DNA from: an uncultured Chloroflexia bacterium
Lineage (GTDB): Bacteria > Chloroflexota > Anaerolineae > JAAYZQ01
Assembly (NCBI GenBank): GCA_963700285.1
Contig: CAVOXA010000010.1
Coordinates: 416,001 to 480,000, forward strand
Reading direction: 5' to 3'
DNA: 64,000 nucleotides
Part shown: in pieces, positions 19,695 to 30,071 of the stretch
Layout: the number at the start of each line of letters is the position of its first letter
How positions within the stretch are numbered: the first letter of the stretch is position 1
The notes under the pieces: model-generated
What the model saw: only the letters and a program-made list of their open reading frames with translations
Databases searched by the model: none
What the model was told of the DNA's origin: nothing
Translations under genes and position numbers: made by a program

Positions 19695-20110
19695 TTGAAT
19701 GCCCCGTCGATCAGTAGCGGCGAGGACCTCGGCCGGAGGGCTTGGATCACCCTGGCCGGCGAGAAAGGTTGTCTACGCCTGTCCTGTGCCGACCTGGATC
19801 ACCTGGTTTTCCTGCCTGCAGGCGACGCTGCGCTGACGCGGCGTTCGCGCCAGCACTCGAGGCTCTCTCCTGTGGTACTAAAGTGGAGCCGCGCTCGGAA
19901 ACGGTATGAGCGCCAGGGCGTCCTGTTGGTCGATCGGCGACGGCCAAGGCTCTGGACCAAAAAGCCATAGGACTGGCTGTCATGGCCCATATTCGGCATG
20001 TCGAGACGAACTATGACAATCTTCTGGCAGAAGGCTATGACCGGCACGAGGCCCGGGCCGAGGTCAAGGAACAGCTTTGGTCGGTGCTGGCAGCGTGGAA
20101 AGGAACGTAG
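19695..20110 (+). pseudogene. DUF2293-family remnant with internal deletion
   Basis: Frame 1 reads CADLDHLVFLPAGDAALTRR..WSRARKRYERQG. After the junction near 19930, another frame reads GRSATAKALD..AHIRHVETNYD.LL..G.DR.EAR..W to a stop. Confidence 0.75.
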
Positions 20111-20290
20111 CCAGATTTGCAGTCGAGCAGTCACGAATGGCCTAGTTGTAGAAACGGGTCGCGTTCGTGTTCAAGAGGGCGTCTCTGGGCTAATCGTCCA
20201 GCGCGATCCGCCATGCGTAGCAAGTCGCTGGCTGTAGCACTGAAGCCTCCCAGCACACCGAGGTGGGAGTGGGCATTTGATCATTGGGGC

Positions 20291-21910
20291 TTACCCACGG
20301 GGTGGGTCAGCAAGCGGCCCAGGGACTTCGATGAGCCCCGGTTTTCCCGAGGCAAAGGCGGCATCCAGCGCACCGGGCAGTTCGTCCATGGTCTCGATGT
20401 GCAGGCCGGTGGCGCCGTAGGCCTGGGCCAGGCGGGGAAAATCGGGGTTGACCAGATCGGCGGCAAAGATCCGCCCGCCATAGTTCCGCTCCTGCTGGCG
20501 GCGGATGGCGCCAAAGGTATGGTCGTTGACGACAACGGTGACCACGTTCAGTTCATGCTGAACCGCGCAGGCCAGTTCTTGCCCGGTGAACAAAAAGCCG
20601 CCGTCACCGCACAGGCAGATCACGCGCCGGTCGGGGTACGCCGCCTGTGCGCCCAAGGCGGCCGGCAGCCCAAAGCCTAGCGTACCAAAGCCCAGGGGGA
20701 AGAGAAAGGTACGCGGCTCGTACACAGGTTGATGCCATAGCTGCCAACCCCCAACGCAGGCAGCATCGCCAGTGCTAATGCCATCGCGCCCCAGAGCCGC
20801 GCTCAACGCCTGAACGAGGGCCAGGCCATCGGTTCCGGCTGCTGCATCACGCATCTGGTGGCGCACGGCCAGGGCCTCTGTCGCCCAAGGAGCCACAACG
20901 CCGGGCCCAGGCCCATCCAGGGCCTCTGCAAGCTGCCGCAGTACGACCCTGGCATCGCCGGCGAGGCCTACGTCTACCAGATAGTTGCGGCCGATCTGAG
21001 CAGGGTCTATGTCCACCTGTACGAGCCCGATGGGAGGCGGCAGTTGCCAGCCGCCGGTGGTGATCTCATCCAGGTCGGTGCCGATGGCCAGCACGGCATC
21101 GGCCTGCTGCCACAGATTCATGATTGGTTCGAGGCCAAAGACCGCAAAGCCTAGAGCCAGCGGGTGGTCGTCGGGCAGTGCGCCTTTGCCATTGCAGGTG
21201 TTGGCCACCGGCGCACCCAATGCCTCGGCCAAGTCCGCCAGCGCAGCGGTCGCGCCGCTCCAGTGTACCCCACCCCCGGCAAAGATCAGGGGCCGCGTCG
21301 CCTCTCGCAGGATGCGCGCGGCCTGAGCCACGAGTTGTGTGTCAGCGGCAGGCGGGGCCAGATGGGGCGCCGGGGCGATCTCGAGGTCAGCCTCGGCAGC
21401 CAGAACGTCTTCGGGGATCTCGATGTAGGCTGGGCGGGGGCGGCCAGATGTCATAGCCAACCAAGCCTCGTTCACCGCCGCGGGAATGTCGGCCACTCGG
21501 GTAACACGGCGGCTCCACTTGGTGATAGCCCGCGCCATGCCTAGCTGGTCCCGCATCTCGTGGAATACCCCCCGGTCCTGGCCGATGAACCCGGAGGTGA
21601 TCTGGCTGGCGATGACCAGAACGGGCACCGAGTCGCGGTAAGCATCGCCCACTGAGCCCATGATGTTGCCCACCGCCGGACCGGTGGTGACGATGGCGAC
21701 GCCGGGTTGGCCGCTGGCGCGGGCATAGCCATTGGCCATCAGGCCGGCCCCGCACTCGTGGCGGGCCAGGATGTGGCGGATGGATGTCTGTTCGTGATAC
21801 AGTGCATCGTAGATGGGCAGGTTGTGCGTGCCTGGAATACCAAAGACCGTGGTCACGCCGTTGGCCTTCAGAGTTTGCACCAGCACTTGCCCGCCTGTCA
21901 TGCGTGTCAT
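20291..21910 (-). CDS. Thiamine-diphosphate-dependent enzyme (acetolactate synthase / 2-oxoacid decarboxylase family)
   Basis: FGIPGTH, ARHE, TTGP, GTLGFGLPAALGA and the ThDP motif GDGGF..ND. Confidence 0.9.
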   Translation of the reverse strand: MTRMTGGQVLVQTLKANGVTTVFGIPGTHNLPIYDALYHEQTSIRHILARHECGAGLMANGYARASGQPGVAIVTTGPAVGNIMGSVGDAYRDSVPVLVIASQITSGFIGQDRGVFHEMRDQLGMARAITKWSRRVTRVADIPAAVNEAWLAMTSGRPRPAYIEIPEDVLAAEADLEIAPAPHLAPPAADTQLVAQAARILREATRPLIFAGGGVHWSGATAALADLAEALGAPVANTCNGKGALPDDHPLALGFAVFGLEPIMNLWQQADAVLAIGTDLDEITTGGWQLPPPIGLVQVDIDPAQIGRNYLVDVGLAGDARVVLRQLAEALDGPGPGVVAPWATEALAVRHQMRDAAAGTDGLALVQALSAALGRDGISTGDAACVGGWQLWHQPVYEPRTFLFPLGFGTLGFGLPAALGAQAAYPDRRVICLCGDGGFLFTGQELACAVQHELNVVTVVVNDHTFGAIRRQQERNYGGRIFAADLVNPDFPRLAQAYGATGLHIETMDELPGALDAAFASGKPGLIEVPGPLADPPRG

Positions 21911-21958
21911 ATCATTCCCTCCGTGGTTGTTGTCGCTCGAACTCTTGAACTTGCGCTG

Positions 21959-24190
21959 TTACCAACTCTCCTGCATAGTGTGCAGGGCCAACAGCATGTA
22001 CTCCTGGCGCTCCGCCCCAAACTCATCCAGTCGCTGCGCGCAGTCGCGGAGGATCTCGGATGGTATCTCCCCAACGCTATCCATGGGCAACGAGGCGATG
22101 ATGATACGCCGGAGCAACACCGCCCCCGATTCCAGTTCCCTCCTGGCCAGCGCTTCGGCACATTCCTCCATGGCAGCCACGAGCGATGGATCGCTGACCC
22201 TGCGACCGGCCTTTCTCCTCACCGAGGCAACAGCCTGCGAGCTAGCGGTACCTGGATCGATCCGCATCCCCCGCCACAGGTGGATGAAGTGATGCTCATT
22301 GCCGATCAGGCGCGCCAGGGCCAGTGCCAACTCCAAACGCCTATCCTCGCTCGGGCTTTTGTAGAGCATGGCCAGCAGATCGGGAGCGGCCTCTTGCACC
22401 CCCAGGGCACCCAGCGCTGCACCGAAGGCGACGCTCAGATCCTCGTTCGTTTCGGATTGCAGCCGGTCCAGCAGGAGGGGAACCGCTTCGGTATCGCCCA
22501 GGCTGCCCAGCGAGCGAGCACAGTGGGCCTGGACCGAGCGGTATTCGGAACCGAGGCCCTCGCGCAGCACGGGGAGCGCATCCCGGTCCCCCATGCGACC
22601 CAGTGCCCAGGCAGTAATGACGCTCAGGGCTGGTCCCCCTCTATGCAGAACTTTCACCAGGGCACTCGTCAGGCGAGGATCCGAACCGCCGCGCGCGATA
22701 GAGACGATGGCCTCGAAACGCACGTAAAAACGGGGATCATCGAGGGCTTCCAGAAGTTCATCCACCGCCAGAGGGCTCCTGGACTGACCCAGACGCTCAG
22801 TCACCGACACGGTGGCACGCTCGCTTCTGACCAATTGGTACCGGATCAGCGACTCCACTGCACGAAGCGGGTTGCCCCGGAGAAAGAACCCGGCGAACCT
22901 TGCCACGCCGATCTCGCCTTCGGCGCGCACACCTCTGAGAAGCAGCGCGTTCAGCAGGGGAAGGAGGATCGCGGCCAGGAACAAGAAGGAATAGGAATCC
23001 AGGGGAAAAATCAAGAAATAACCCGAGACGCCGACAAACCGGTCGAGCACTCGACCGCCGAGCAATTGCCCAAAGCCTTCGACGATGCTGATCCAGGCAT
23101 AGTACAATGCCAGATAAGAATTATTCTTGTCGGGCGGAACGACGCCGACGAAGAGCAGCCGGCCCAGGCCAATCTGCCAGCCCAGGGTAGCGATCCCCTG
23201 GAAAAAGGCGATGACCAGGGCGACGTAGAGGCTGAGACCAGATTGTCTCGGGAGCAGCCACCAGAGCAGCGCCTGGAGGGCCAGGAGATAGGCCCCCGAG
23301 GCCATGATCGGCTTGCTGCCGTAGCGGTCCGCGGCCCAGCCCCACACGTAGCTTGAGGCCATCCCACCGATCATGGTTCCGGCCTGCAGCCAGACCACGG
23401 CGCCGGAAGGCAGACCCACGTCATCCCGAAGGAACAGAGGGAGAAACGAGACCAGAGGTCCGATGGCCAGCAGCGTCAAACCCACACCCACCGCGAGCAG
23501 GACAAAGTTCTTGTCGCGAGCTGCGATTGTCAGATCCAGGTGAGAGGCTCGCGCAGACCGGCTGCTCTCTACAGGTGCGCCACCAGGAATGAAGGTGGCA
23601 GCGACTAGGGCGATCAGACCAAAGGACACGCCCACAGCAAAGAGGACGTTGAAATCCCGCAAGGTGGGTGCTGAACCCAATACAATTCCGCCCAGCGTGA
23701 CCGCCAGAAAGGACGCCAAGCTCCAGAAGATCTGGTTGATGGCCGAATACTTGCCCCGCACACTGTTGGGTACATATTCTTGGATCCAAGGAAAGACCGC
23801 GGTTATGGCCACAGCGCGGGAGACGGCAAAGGCTGCGACGATGCCAACGATGTACCAAATCACTACCTGTGACCCAAAGGTGGCCAGAACCCAGGGGGTG
23901 AATAGCAAAAAGACGGCGATAAGCTTTCTGCCCCCGAAAAAGATCAGGTAGGTACGCTTGTAGCCATGGCGGGCTACCGCTGGGGCGATGAACAGAGCGA
24001 TGAGGCCGGCAAAGGGCAGGAGGGAGAGGAGGCTGCCGATCTGCGTCTTGGACAGGCCCAATTCGCTAAGAAAGAGTACAAACACCGAGCCAAAGAAGGT
24101 GAGATAGTAAAAGACGGCGTTTGTCGCTTCGGAAAAGATGCTCCACGGAAGCCGGCGCAACTTTTCGGCGTTCGTTAGTTCGCTACTCAT
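21959..24190 (-). CDS. MFS transporter fused to C-terminal HEAT repeats (paralog A)
   Basis: About 12 TM segments with WGWAADRYGSK, followed by HEAT repeats (ALDDPRFYVRFEAIVSI, AWALGRMG, ARSLGSLG). Confidence 0.85.
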   Translation of the reverse strand: MSSELTNAEKLRRLPWSIFSEATNAVFYYLTFFGSVFVLFLSELGLSKTQIGSLLSLLPFAGLIALFIAPAVARHGYKRTYLIFFGGRKLIAVFLLFTPWVLATFGSQVVIWYIVGIVAAFAVSRAVAITAVFPWIQEYVPNSVRGKYSAINQIFWSLASFLAVTLGGIVLGSAPTLRDFNVLFAVGVSFGLIALVAATFIPGGAPVESSRSARASHLDLTIAARDKNFVLLAVGVGLTLLAIGPLVSFLPLFLRDDVGLPSGAVVWLQAGTMIGGMASSYVWGWAADRYGSKPIMASGAYLLALQALLWWLLPRQSGLSLYVALVIAFFQGIATLGWQIGLGRLLFVGVVPPDKNNSYLALYYAWISIVEGFGQLLGGRVLDRFVGVSGYFLIFPLDSYSFLFLAAILLPLLNALLLRGVRAEGEIGVARFAGFFLRGNPLRAVESLIRYQLVRSERATVSVTERLGQSRSPLAVDELLEALDDPRFYVRFEAIVSIARGGSDPRLTSALVKVLHRGGPALSVITAWALGRMGDRDALPVLREGLGSEYRSVQAHCARSLGSLGDTEAVPLLLDRLQSETNEDLSVAFGAALGALGVQEAAPDLLAMLYKSPSEDRRLELALALARLIGNEHHFIHLWRGMRIDPGTASSQAVASVRRKAGRRVSDPSLVAAMEECAEALARRELESGAVLLRRIIIASLPMDSVGEIPSEILRDCAQRLDEFGAERQEYMLLALHTMQESW

Positions 24191-24377
24191 CTACGCGATT
24201 GGTACTCTTTTTCAGCATGGTGTTTTGGTCTGCTATGCCGGACCTTGCCCAAGCGCTCAAGCTGGCTGAATACAATACGATACACTGTGAAACGGTGTAC
24301 GTAAGATGCGGTCCCGCGCACTTGACACCGTACCTCAGGTCACAACCCAACACGGAAGAAGGTCTTGGGCTGCAGCC

Positions 24378-25520
24378 TCAGCGGGTGCCATACTTGCGCA
24401 CCAGCTCTAGCACCAGTTGGTAGCGCTCGTAACTAACCTCTGGTGGAACCGAGTGATCGGAGTGATAGATGTAGCCCCCGCCGCCGGCGACAAAGGGCGT
24501 GATCTTGGTCCGGATCTCCTCCTCGATCTCCTCGTCGGTGCCGTTGGCCATGTTAATGACATCGATGTTGCCCCAGAAGGTCAGCCGGTCGCCGTAGGTT
24601 TTGCGCAACTCCCGTACATCCAGGCCAGACTTGGCCTCAAGGGGCTGGATCACCTGCAAGCCACAGTCGATGAGATCCCCAAAGACTGCCTCTGCATTGC
24701 CGCAGCAATGCATCCAAAAGTCGATACCGTTGGCGCTGAGAAACTGGCCCAGTTGGCGGATGAGTGGCTTAAAGATCTGGCGCCAGGTGCGCGGTGACAT
24801 CAGCATGCCCTTGGTGTAGGCTAGGTCTTCGATCATGAAAACACCATCCGGCTTGATGCCCTCATCCAGGCAACGCTGCAGGACAGCGATCAACAGATCC
24901 ATGTAGGTCGAGGCCATTTCGATGACAAAGTCGGGATCGGTGACCAGGTCCATCAGCAATTCGGTAAAGCCCCGATGGCGCCAGGTGGATTCCCAGGGAC
25001 CGTAGGCGTTGCCCAGCACGTAGCGTCCCCGCTGCTGGATCCCGTCAAAAATGCCCTTGGCCTCTGCCCAGGTGGGATAGGGATCCATGTGCATGAAATA
25101 ACTGGCCTGGTCCACACGGGCCGTACCATCCAAGTCCAAGACAAAACGCTCCTTGATCTGATCCCAGGCATCCTTGTCCTTGGTCACATGGTCCATGAAA
25201 TCCATGGTACGGGACTTGCCCTTGGACTTTTTCACCGTATAGCCAAAGCGGTCCTGGTAGATGACATACTCGCCATCATCGCTCAACAGCTTTTGCTCCA
25301 GCCGGGGCGACGCATCCAGCGAAATATAGTCAAAATCAAAACCAAAGTACTCGGGAATGCCGCCCACCGCCTCGCTGAAAACGTCGTTGCTGACCGCTTC
25401 CCGCGAAAGTCCCTCGTCGTACCAGCCGGTGAGAGTGTCCTCCCAAAATGCATCGGTCATCGGTACCCGGTCTGGGTGCTCACGGTTCAGGGTACGAATG
25501 ACCCGTTCTCTGCTATCCAT
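24378..25520 (-). CDS. URO-D/MtaA-fold protein (putative corrinoid methyltransferase MT1-like)
   Basis: M.SRERV....DRVP, EDLAY..G.L.SP, HCCGN, WGNID and GGYIYHSDHSVPP. Confidence 0.85.
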   Translation of the reverse strand: MDSRERVIRTLNREHPDRVPMTDAFWEDTLTGWYDEGLSREAVSNDVFSEAVGGIPEYFGFDFDYISLDASPRLEQKLLSDDGEYVIYQDRFGYTVKKSKGKSRTMDFMDHVTKDKDAWDQIKERFVLDLDGTARVDQASYFMHMDPYPTWAEAKGIFDGIQQRGRYVLGNAYGPWESTWRHRGFTELLMDLVTDPDFVIEMASTYMDLLIAVLQRCLDEGIKPDGVFMIEDLAYTKGMLMSPRTWRQIFKPLIRQLGQFLSANGIDFWMHCCGNAEAVFGDLIDCGLQVIQPLEAKSGLDVRELRKTYGDRLTFWGNIDVINMANGTDEEIEEEIRTKITPFVAGGGGYIYHSDHSVPPEVSYERYQLVLELVRKYGTR

Positions 25521-25616
25521 GCCTTTCCTCTCTGGCCAGCCCGCAGAAGAAGGCAACGCGCAAACAAGGCCGTGCCTTGTCTGCGTGTTGCCTGATCCAC
25601 CTCCGGACTTGCGTTT

Positions 25617-26546
25617 CTAACCTTTGTACTCAAACATCTCCGGGTAGCGTTTCCGGCTGCCCTCAGTAAGCTGGGCCATCTCCTCATCTGTCAGAGGGAT
25701 GTAGGGCGCTCGGGTGACCCGGCTGCCCTTGAGCCAACCGACCATCTCCTGGAAAGCCTTGTCCAGCGTCGGGTCCAGATGGCCCGCCGCGATCAGGGGG
25801 TAGACATCCTTGACCAGCCAGCGGCTGATCCGCCACTGGATCTCTATGGCCTCTTCCCATTCACGCCGTTCGCACATGGCGTACCAATCAAGGATGAACT
25901 CGGGGTTCATCAGGGCATGGGAGCAGTACATACCTTTGGCCCCAAACATCATGCCCATGACCAGGTCGCCCTCGCCGACAAAGTGATTGAGTTCAGGCCC
26001 GTTGACCTGCAGCTCCATCCAAGCGGCGAATTCGGAACTGCAGAACTTGGTGCCGATGAGGTTGGGAACCTCGGCGCAGATTCGTTGATAGTCCTTGCCA
26101 TTCAAGAAACGCTTGGCACGGCGGATGTTATAGTGCACAATACCCACGTCAGGGCAGGCACTACTCAGGTCCACAAAGTACTTGAGCACTTCATCATCGT
26201 TGAGTTCTATCCAGAAGGGCACGGCCACCTGCACGCCGTCGATGCCCCTGTCGGCCGCATAGCGCGCCATGCGGATCGAGTCCCGCGTATTCATCCAACT
26301 GCAACCCACCTGGGTCAGCACTTTGCCCGCCGTGTCTTCCACAAAGATGTCCACCATACGCTCAAATTCGTCAAAATCGAGCGTATGGAACTCGCCGGTG
26401 GAGCCGGTGGTATAAAGGCCGTGCACCCCGCCCTCGATGAGCTTGGCCACATTCTCACGGAAGATCGCCTCGTCCAGATTGCCGTCCTCGTCCCACGGCA
26501 TGGTGACGGACACCCAGACACCTTTCAGATTCTCTTTTGTCAGCAT
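25617..26546 (-). CDS. DapA/NanA-family class I aldolase/lyase
   Basis: GSTGEF, HYNI and the Schiff-base Lys in IGTKF. Confidence 0.88.
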   Translation of the reverse strand: MLTKENLKGVWVSVTMPWDEDGNLDEAIFRENVAKLIEGGVHGLYTTGSTGEFHTLDFDEFERMVDIFVEDTAGKVLTQVGCSWMNTRDSIRMARYAADRGIDGVQVAVPFWIELNDDEVLKYFVDLSSACPDVGIVHYNIRRAKRFLNGKDYQRICAEVPNLIGTKFCSSEFAAWMELQVNGPELNHFVGEGDLVMGMMFGAKGMYCSHALMNPEFILDWYAMCERREWEEAIEIQWRISRWLVKDVYPLIAAGHLDPTLDKAFQEMVGWLKGSRVTRAPYIPLTDEEMAQLTEGSRKRYPEMFEYKG

Positions 26547-26636
26547 GTTCTGCTCTCCTTGTTTGTGCAGCCGAGATTCCCTCCGCGCCTCAGGCGCGCT
26601 TCACTCCAGCTCGCTACGGCTCAGGATTTCCCTTTT

Positions 26637-28871
26637 CTACTTTTGCCAACCCTCATCCATAGCATGGAGGGCCAGCAACAGATACTCCCTTCTTCCATCC
26701 CCAAACTCATCCAGACGTAGAGCACACTCGGCCAGGATCAAAGCCACGGTTTCGCCGGCCGTATCTACAGGCAGCATGGGGATCATGCGGCTGATAGAGG
26801 CCGCACCCTGCTCTAGTTCATCCCGGGCCAGCACCTCAGCGCAGTCCTCCATGGTATCCATGAGAGCCTGGTCATTGACCACACGGCCGACCATTCTCTT
26901 TGCCGTGCTTATGGCCTGCGAAGCCACAGTCCCCGGCTCGGTCCGCATGCCCCGCCAGAGGTGGATGAAATGATGCTCGTTGCCGATCAGGCGTGCCAGC
27001 GCCAGTGCCAGCTCAAGGCGCCCATCTTCATTCTGATTCACGTAAAGCAGTTCAAGCAAATCAGGGGTGGCCTGCCACGCATTCAGCGCTCCCAGTGCCG
27101 AGCCAAAGGCAACGCTCAGGTCCTCGTTTTCCTCCGACCGCATGCGCTCCAGCAGGAGGGGAACAGATTCGACGTCGCCCATGCTGCCCAGTGACCGGGC
27201 ACAGTGGGCCCGAATCGACCGGTACTCGGCGTCGAGGCCCTCGCGCAGGTCAGGGAGCGCATCCTGAGCGCCAATGCGACCCAGTGCCCAAGCGGCAATC
27301 ACACTCAGAGCAGGTTCCTTGCTATTCAGAACCTCGACCAATGCCTCGGTCAGGCGCGGATCCGACTCTCGGCGTGCGATGGAGACGATGGCTTCGAAAC
27401 GCACATAGAACCGGGGGTCGTCCAAGGCCTCCAGTAGCTCATCCACCGTGAGTGGGCTCCTGGACTGGCCCAGGCGCTCGGTCACCGACACTGTGGCCCG
27501 CTCATCCCTGGCCCAGTGGTACCGGATCAACGATTCCGCGGCACGAAACGGGTTCCCTCGGATAAAGAACCCGGCGAATTTTGCCACGCCGACAGTGCTT
27601 TCGGTATGCACGCCTCTGAGCAGCAGGGTGCTGAGCATCGGCAGGACAGCGGCAATAATAAAGAGAACCGAATAGGCGTCAACAGGGAGGAACAGGAACT
27701 GACCAGAGAGGTCCGCAAAACGATCCAGCAGCCGGCCACCATACAACTGCCCCAGGCCTCCGACGACGCCGATGAAAGCATAGTAGAGGGCCATGTAGCC
27801 AGCCTTTTTTTCAGGCGGAACGACGCCAACGTAGAGCATTCGGCCAGAACCGATCTGCCATCCCAAACTGGCCACTCCCTGGAAGGCGGCAATGGCCAAG
27901 GCAATGTACAGGCTCACGACTGATTGGCGCGGCATCAACCACCACAGGAGCGGCAGGACTGCCAGCAGGTAAGCGCCCGAGGCCATGATCGGCTTACTAC
28001 CATATCGGTCGGCTGCCCAGCCCCACACATAGCTGGCAAGGAGGCCGCCCGCCAGGGTTCCTGCCTGCAGCCAGACCACAACGCCAGTGGACAGCCCCAC
28101 TTGGTCACGTAGGAAAAGGGGCAGAAATGACGCGACAGGACCAGTGGCCAGCATTGTGAGCCCCACACCCACCGCGTGCCGCACAAAGTTGCTGTCGCGG
28201 ACTGCTGCGGCCATGTCCTGGTGCGGGGTCCCTTCTGTCTGACCTTTCTTGACCGGCGCACCGCCCGGAATAAAGCTTGCAGCGCCCAGGGAGACTAGGC
28301 CAAAAAACAGACCCACGGCAAACAGGATGTTGAAATCGCCCAGGTTGGGATCTGAACCCAACACATAGCCGCCCAGTGTGACGGCCATGAAAGAGGTCAA
28401 GCTCCAGAATACCAGGTCAATCGCCGAGTATTTGCCCCGCACACTGCTGGGCACGTATTCCTGGACCCAGGGATAGAGGGCAGTGATAGAGACGGCGCGG
28501 CAGACGGCAAAGACAGCGACGACGCCAACGACGTAGCGGGTCACGGCCTGGGACCCAAAATGAGCCAAAACCAGGGGGGTCAGAAGCAGAAAGACTGTAA
28601 TGATCTTTCTGCCCGCAAAGAAGGTCAGGTAAGTTCGCTTGTAGCCGTACCGGGCGACGGCTGGGGCAATGAATAGGGCGATGAGGCCAGCGAAGGGCAA
28701 TAGAGAGAGAAGGGTACCGATTTCTGTTTTGGTGAGCCCCAGCTCGTTGAGAAAGAGCACAAACACGGAGCCAAAGAAAGTAAGATAGACGTATACGGCG
28801 TTGGTTGCATTGGCGAGTATGCTCCAAGGCAAGCGACGCAGTTTCTCGGCGTTCGTCGGTTCACTGGTCAT
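26637..28871 (-). CDS. MFS transporter fused to C-terminal HEAT repeats (paralog B)
   Basis: Full-length collinear paralog of 21959-24190 (744 vs 743 aa). Confidence 0.85.
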   Translation of the reverse strand: MTSEPTNAEKLRRLPWSILANATNAVYVYLTFFGSVFVLFLNELGLTKTEIGTLLSLLPFAGLIALFIAPAVARYGYKRTYLTFFAGRKIITVFLLLTPLVLAHFGSQAVTRYVVGVVAVFAVCRAVSITALYPWVQEYVPSSVRGKYSAIDLVFWSLTSFMAVTLGGYVLGSDPNLGDFNILFAVGLFFGLVSLGAASFIPGGAPVKKGQTEGTPHQDMAAAVRDSNFVRHAVGVGLTMLATGPVASFLPLFLRDQVGLSTGVVVWLQAGTLAGGLLASYVWGWAADRYGSKPIMASGAYLLAVLPLLWWLMPRQSVVSLYIALAIAAFQGVASLGWQIGSGRMLYVGVVPPEKKAGYMALYYAFIGVVGGLGQLYGGRLLDRFADLSGQFLFLPVDAYSVLFIIAAVLPMLSTLLLRGVHTESTVGVAKFAGFFIRGNPFRAAESLIRYHWARDERATVSVTERLGQSRSPLTVDELLEALDDPRFYVRFEAIVSIARRESDPRLTEALVEVLNSKEPALSVIAAWALGRIGAQDALPDLREGLDAEYRSIRAHCARSLGSMGDVESVPLLLERMRSEENEDLSVAFGSALGALNAWQATPDLLELLYVNQNEDGRLELALALARLIGNEHHFIHLWRGMRTEPGTVASQAISTAKRMVGRVVNDQALMDTMEDCAEVLARDELEQGAASISRMIPMLPVDTAGETVALILAECALRLDEFGDGRREYLLLALHAMDEGWQK

Positions 28872-28943
28872 TGTACAGCCGCTATCCTATCATGATCTCA
28901 AAGCCGCAGAAAAGATGTCCAATATCCATGGCCCTGCGCACCC

Positions 28944-30071
28944 TCATCCAGCCAGTGGATAAGCGCCCTCCTCTGCCCAGAATCGGGCGATCCACTGGAT
29001 CCGGTGAAAGAGCGCATCGGTGGGTACATTGTCCCCAAAGCCCAGGATGAACCTATTGCCAGGGGCAATGGTCCGGAACAGCTCCTCCATGTAGCGCTGG
29101 AATTCGCCATCGGTATAGGTGGACGTCAGAATGGTCGAGGGAATGCCGCCCCACGCGGCTACGCGGTCGCCCCAAAGCTGGCGCGTGGCTGCCAAGTCAA
29201 TGGTCGTCATTGGTTTGGGGGTGAGCGCCTCCACCACCTGTATTCCACTGGCCATCAGCTTTTCCAACAGCGCCCGCATCTCGCCGTCGCCGTGGACAAC
29301 CATGATCTTGCCGCCCCCGTCCAGGGTCTCTCGCGCCTCCCGATAGAAGGGAGCAAAGAAAGTGTCAAACACCGGCGGGGGCGTCATCTGCTCGTCATAG
29401 TTGCCCCCCACCTCGATGGCCTGGGCCGGGCAGGCAGCAGCCAAGGCCAGGATCTGGCGTTGCTGTTCCGTGAGTACCCCGACTAGCGCATCCAGCTGGG
29501 TGGGGTGGTCGTGCAACTGGTAGTAGAACGTCTCGTAGCCCATGAAAAAGATCATGAGTTGATGGGCCGCCAAGTGTCCGGTATAGGGAACGGCCAGACC
29601 ATCAATACCAATGTCATCTACGAACCGGGCGTACTCTTCATAGTTCTCAACGACCTCGGTGTGCTCGACAAAGAAACGCAGGGCGTCATAGTCCTGGGGA
29701 CCCTTGAAAGGGTACTCGATCCGGGCCGCCGTACCTGCTGCGTCCCGCAACTCGACAGACATCCGGTCGCGGCAGGTCAACGTCCCGTAGGGAGTGTGGT
29801 ATTGGATCGTCGACAGGTCCCCCTCTACGTTCTTTGTGACCTCGACGTCGTGGTGGACCAGGCGGTAGCACGAAGCGCTCCAGGCCCCAAAACCAAATAT
29901 GCCAATGCCCAGGTCGCGTTGGATGTCCCACAGGCTGGCGCGTTCGTATGGCGGCGGCAGCGTCCCTCCGTTGCGATGGAACTCGTACCACAGCTCCATG
30001 CGGGCGATAAAGGGAATGTGGTCGACAGGTTGGCCGCGCATGGCGGCCAAGGCCAGGTCCCGGTGATTCAT
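28944..30071 (-). CDS. URO-D-fold protein
   Basis: TPYGTL, NYDEQMTPP..F, VHGDG, WGGIP and GFGDNVP. Confidence 0.8.
   Translation of the reverse strand: MNHRDLALAAMRGQPVDHIPFIARMELWYEFHRNGGTLPPPYERASLWDIQRDLGIGIFGFGAWSASCYRLVHHDVEVTKNVEGDLSTIQYHTPYGTLTCRDRMSVELRDAAGTAARIEYPFKGPQDYDALRFFVEHTEVVENYEEYARFVDDIGIDGLAVPYTGHLAAHQLMIFFMGYETFYYQLHDHPTQLDALVGVLTEQQRQILALAAACPAQAIEVGGNYDEQMTPPPVFDTFFAPFYREARETLDGGGKIMVVHGDGEMRALLEKLMASGIQVVEALTPKPMTTIDLAATRQLWGDRVAAWGGIPSTILTSTYTDGEFQRYMEELFRTIAPGNRFILGFGDNVPTDALFHRIQWIARFWAEEGAYPLAG

Noticed and set aside
21707-23356. Long 549-aa plus-strand ORF and many other antisense/alternate-frame ORFs in the track
   Set aside because: These are shadow ORFs of GC-rich genes, with no motifs, overlapping well-supported genes.
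24191-24377. Plus-strand TTGACA and a TACACTGT/ACGGTGTA palindrome in the gap before MFS-HEAT paralog A
   Set aside because: There is no correctly spaced -10 and no second copy, so the evidence for a promoter or operator is insufficient.
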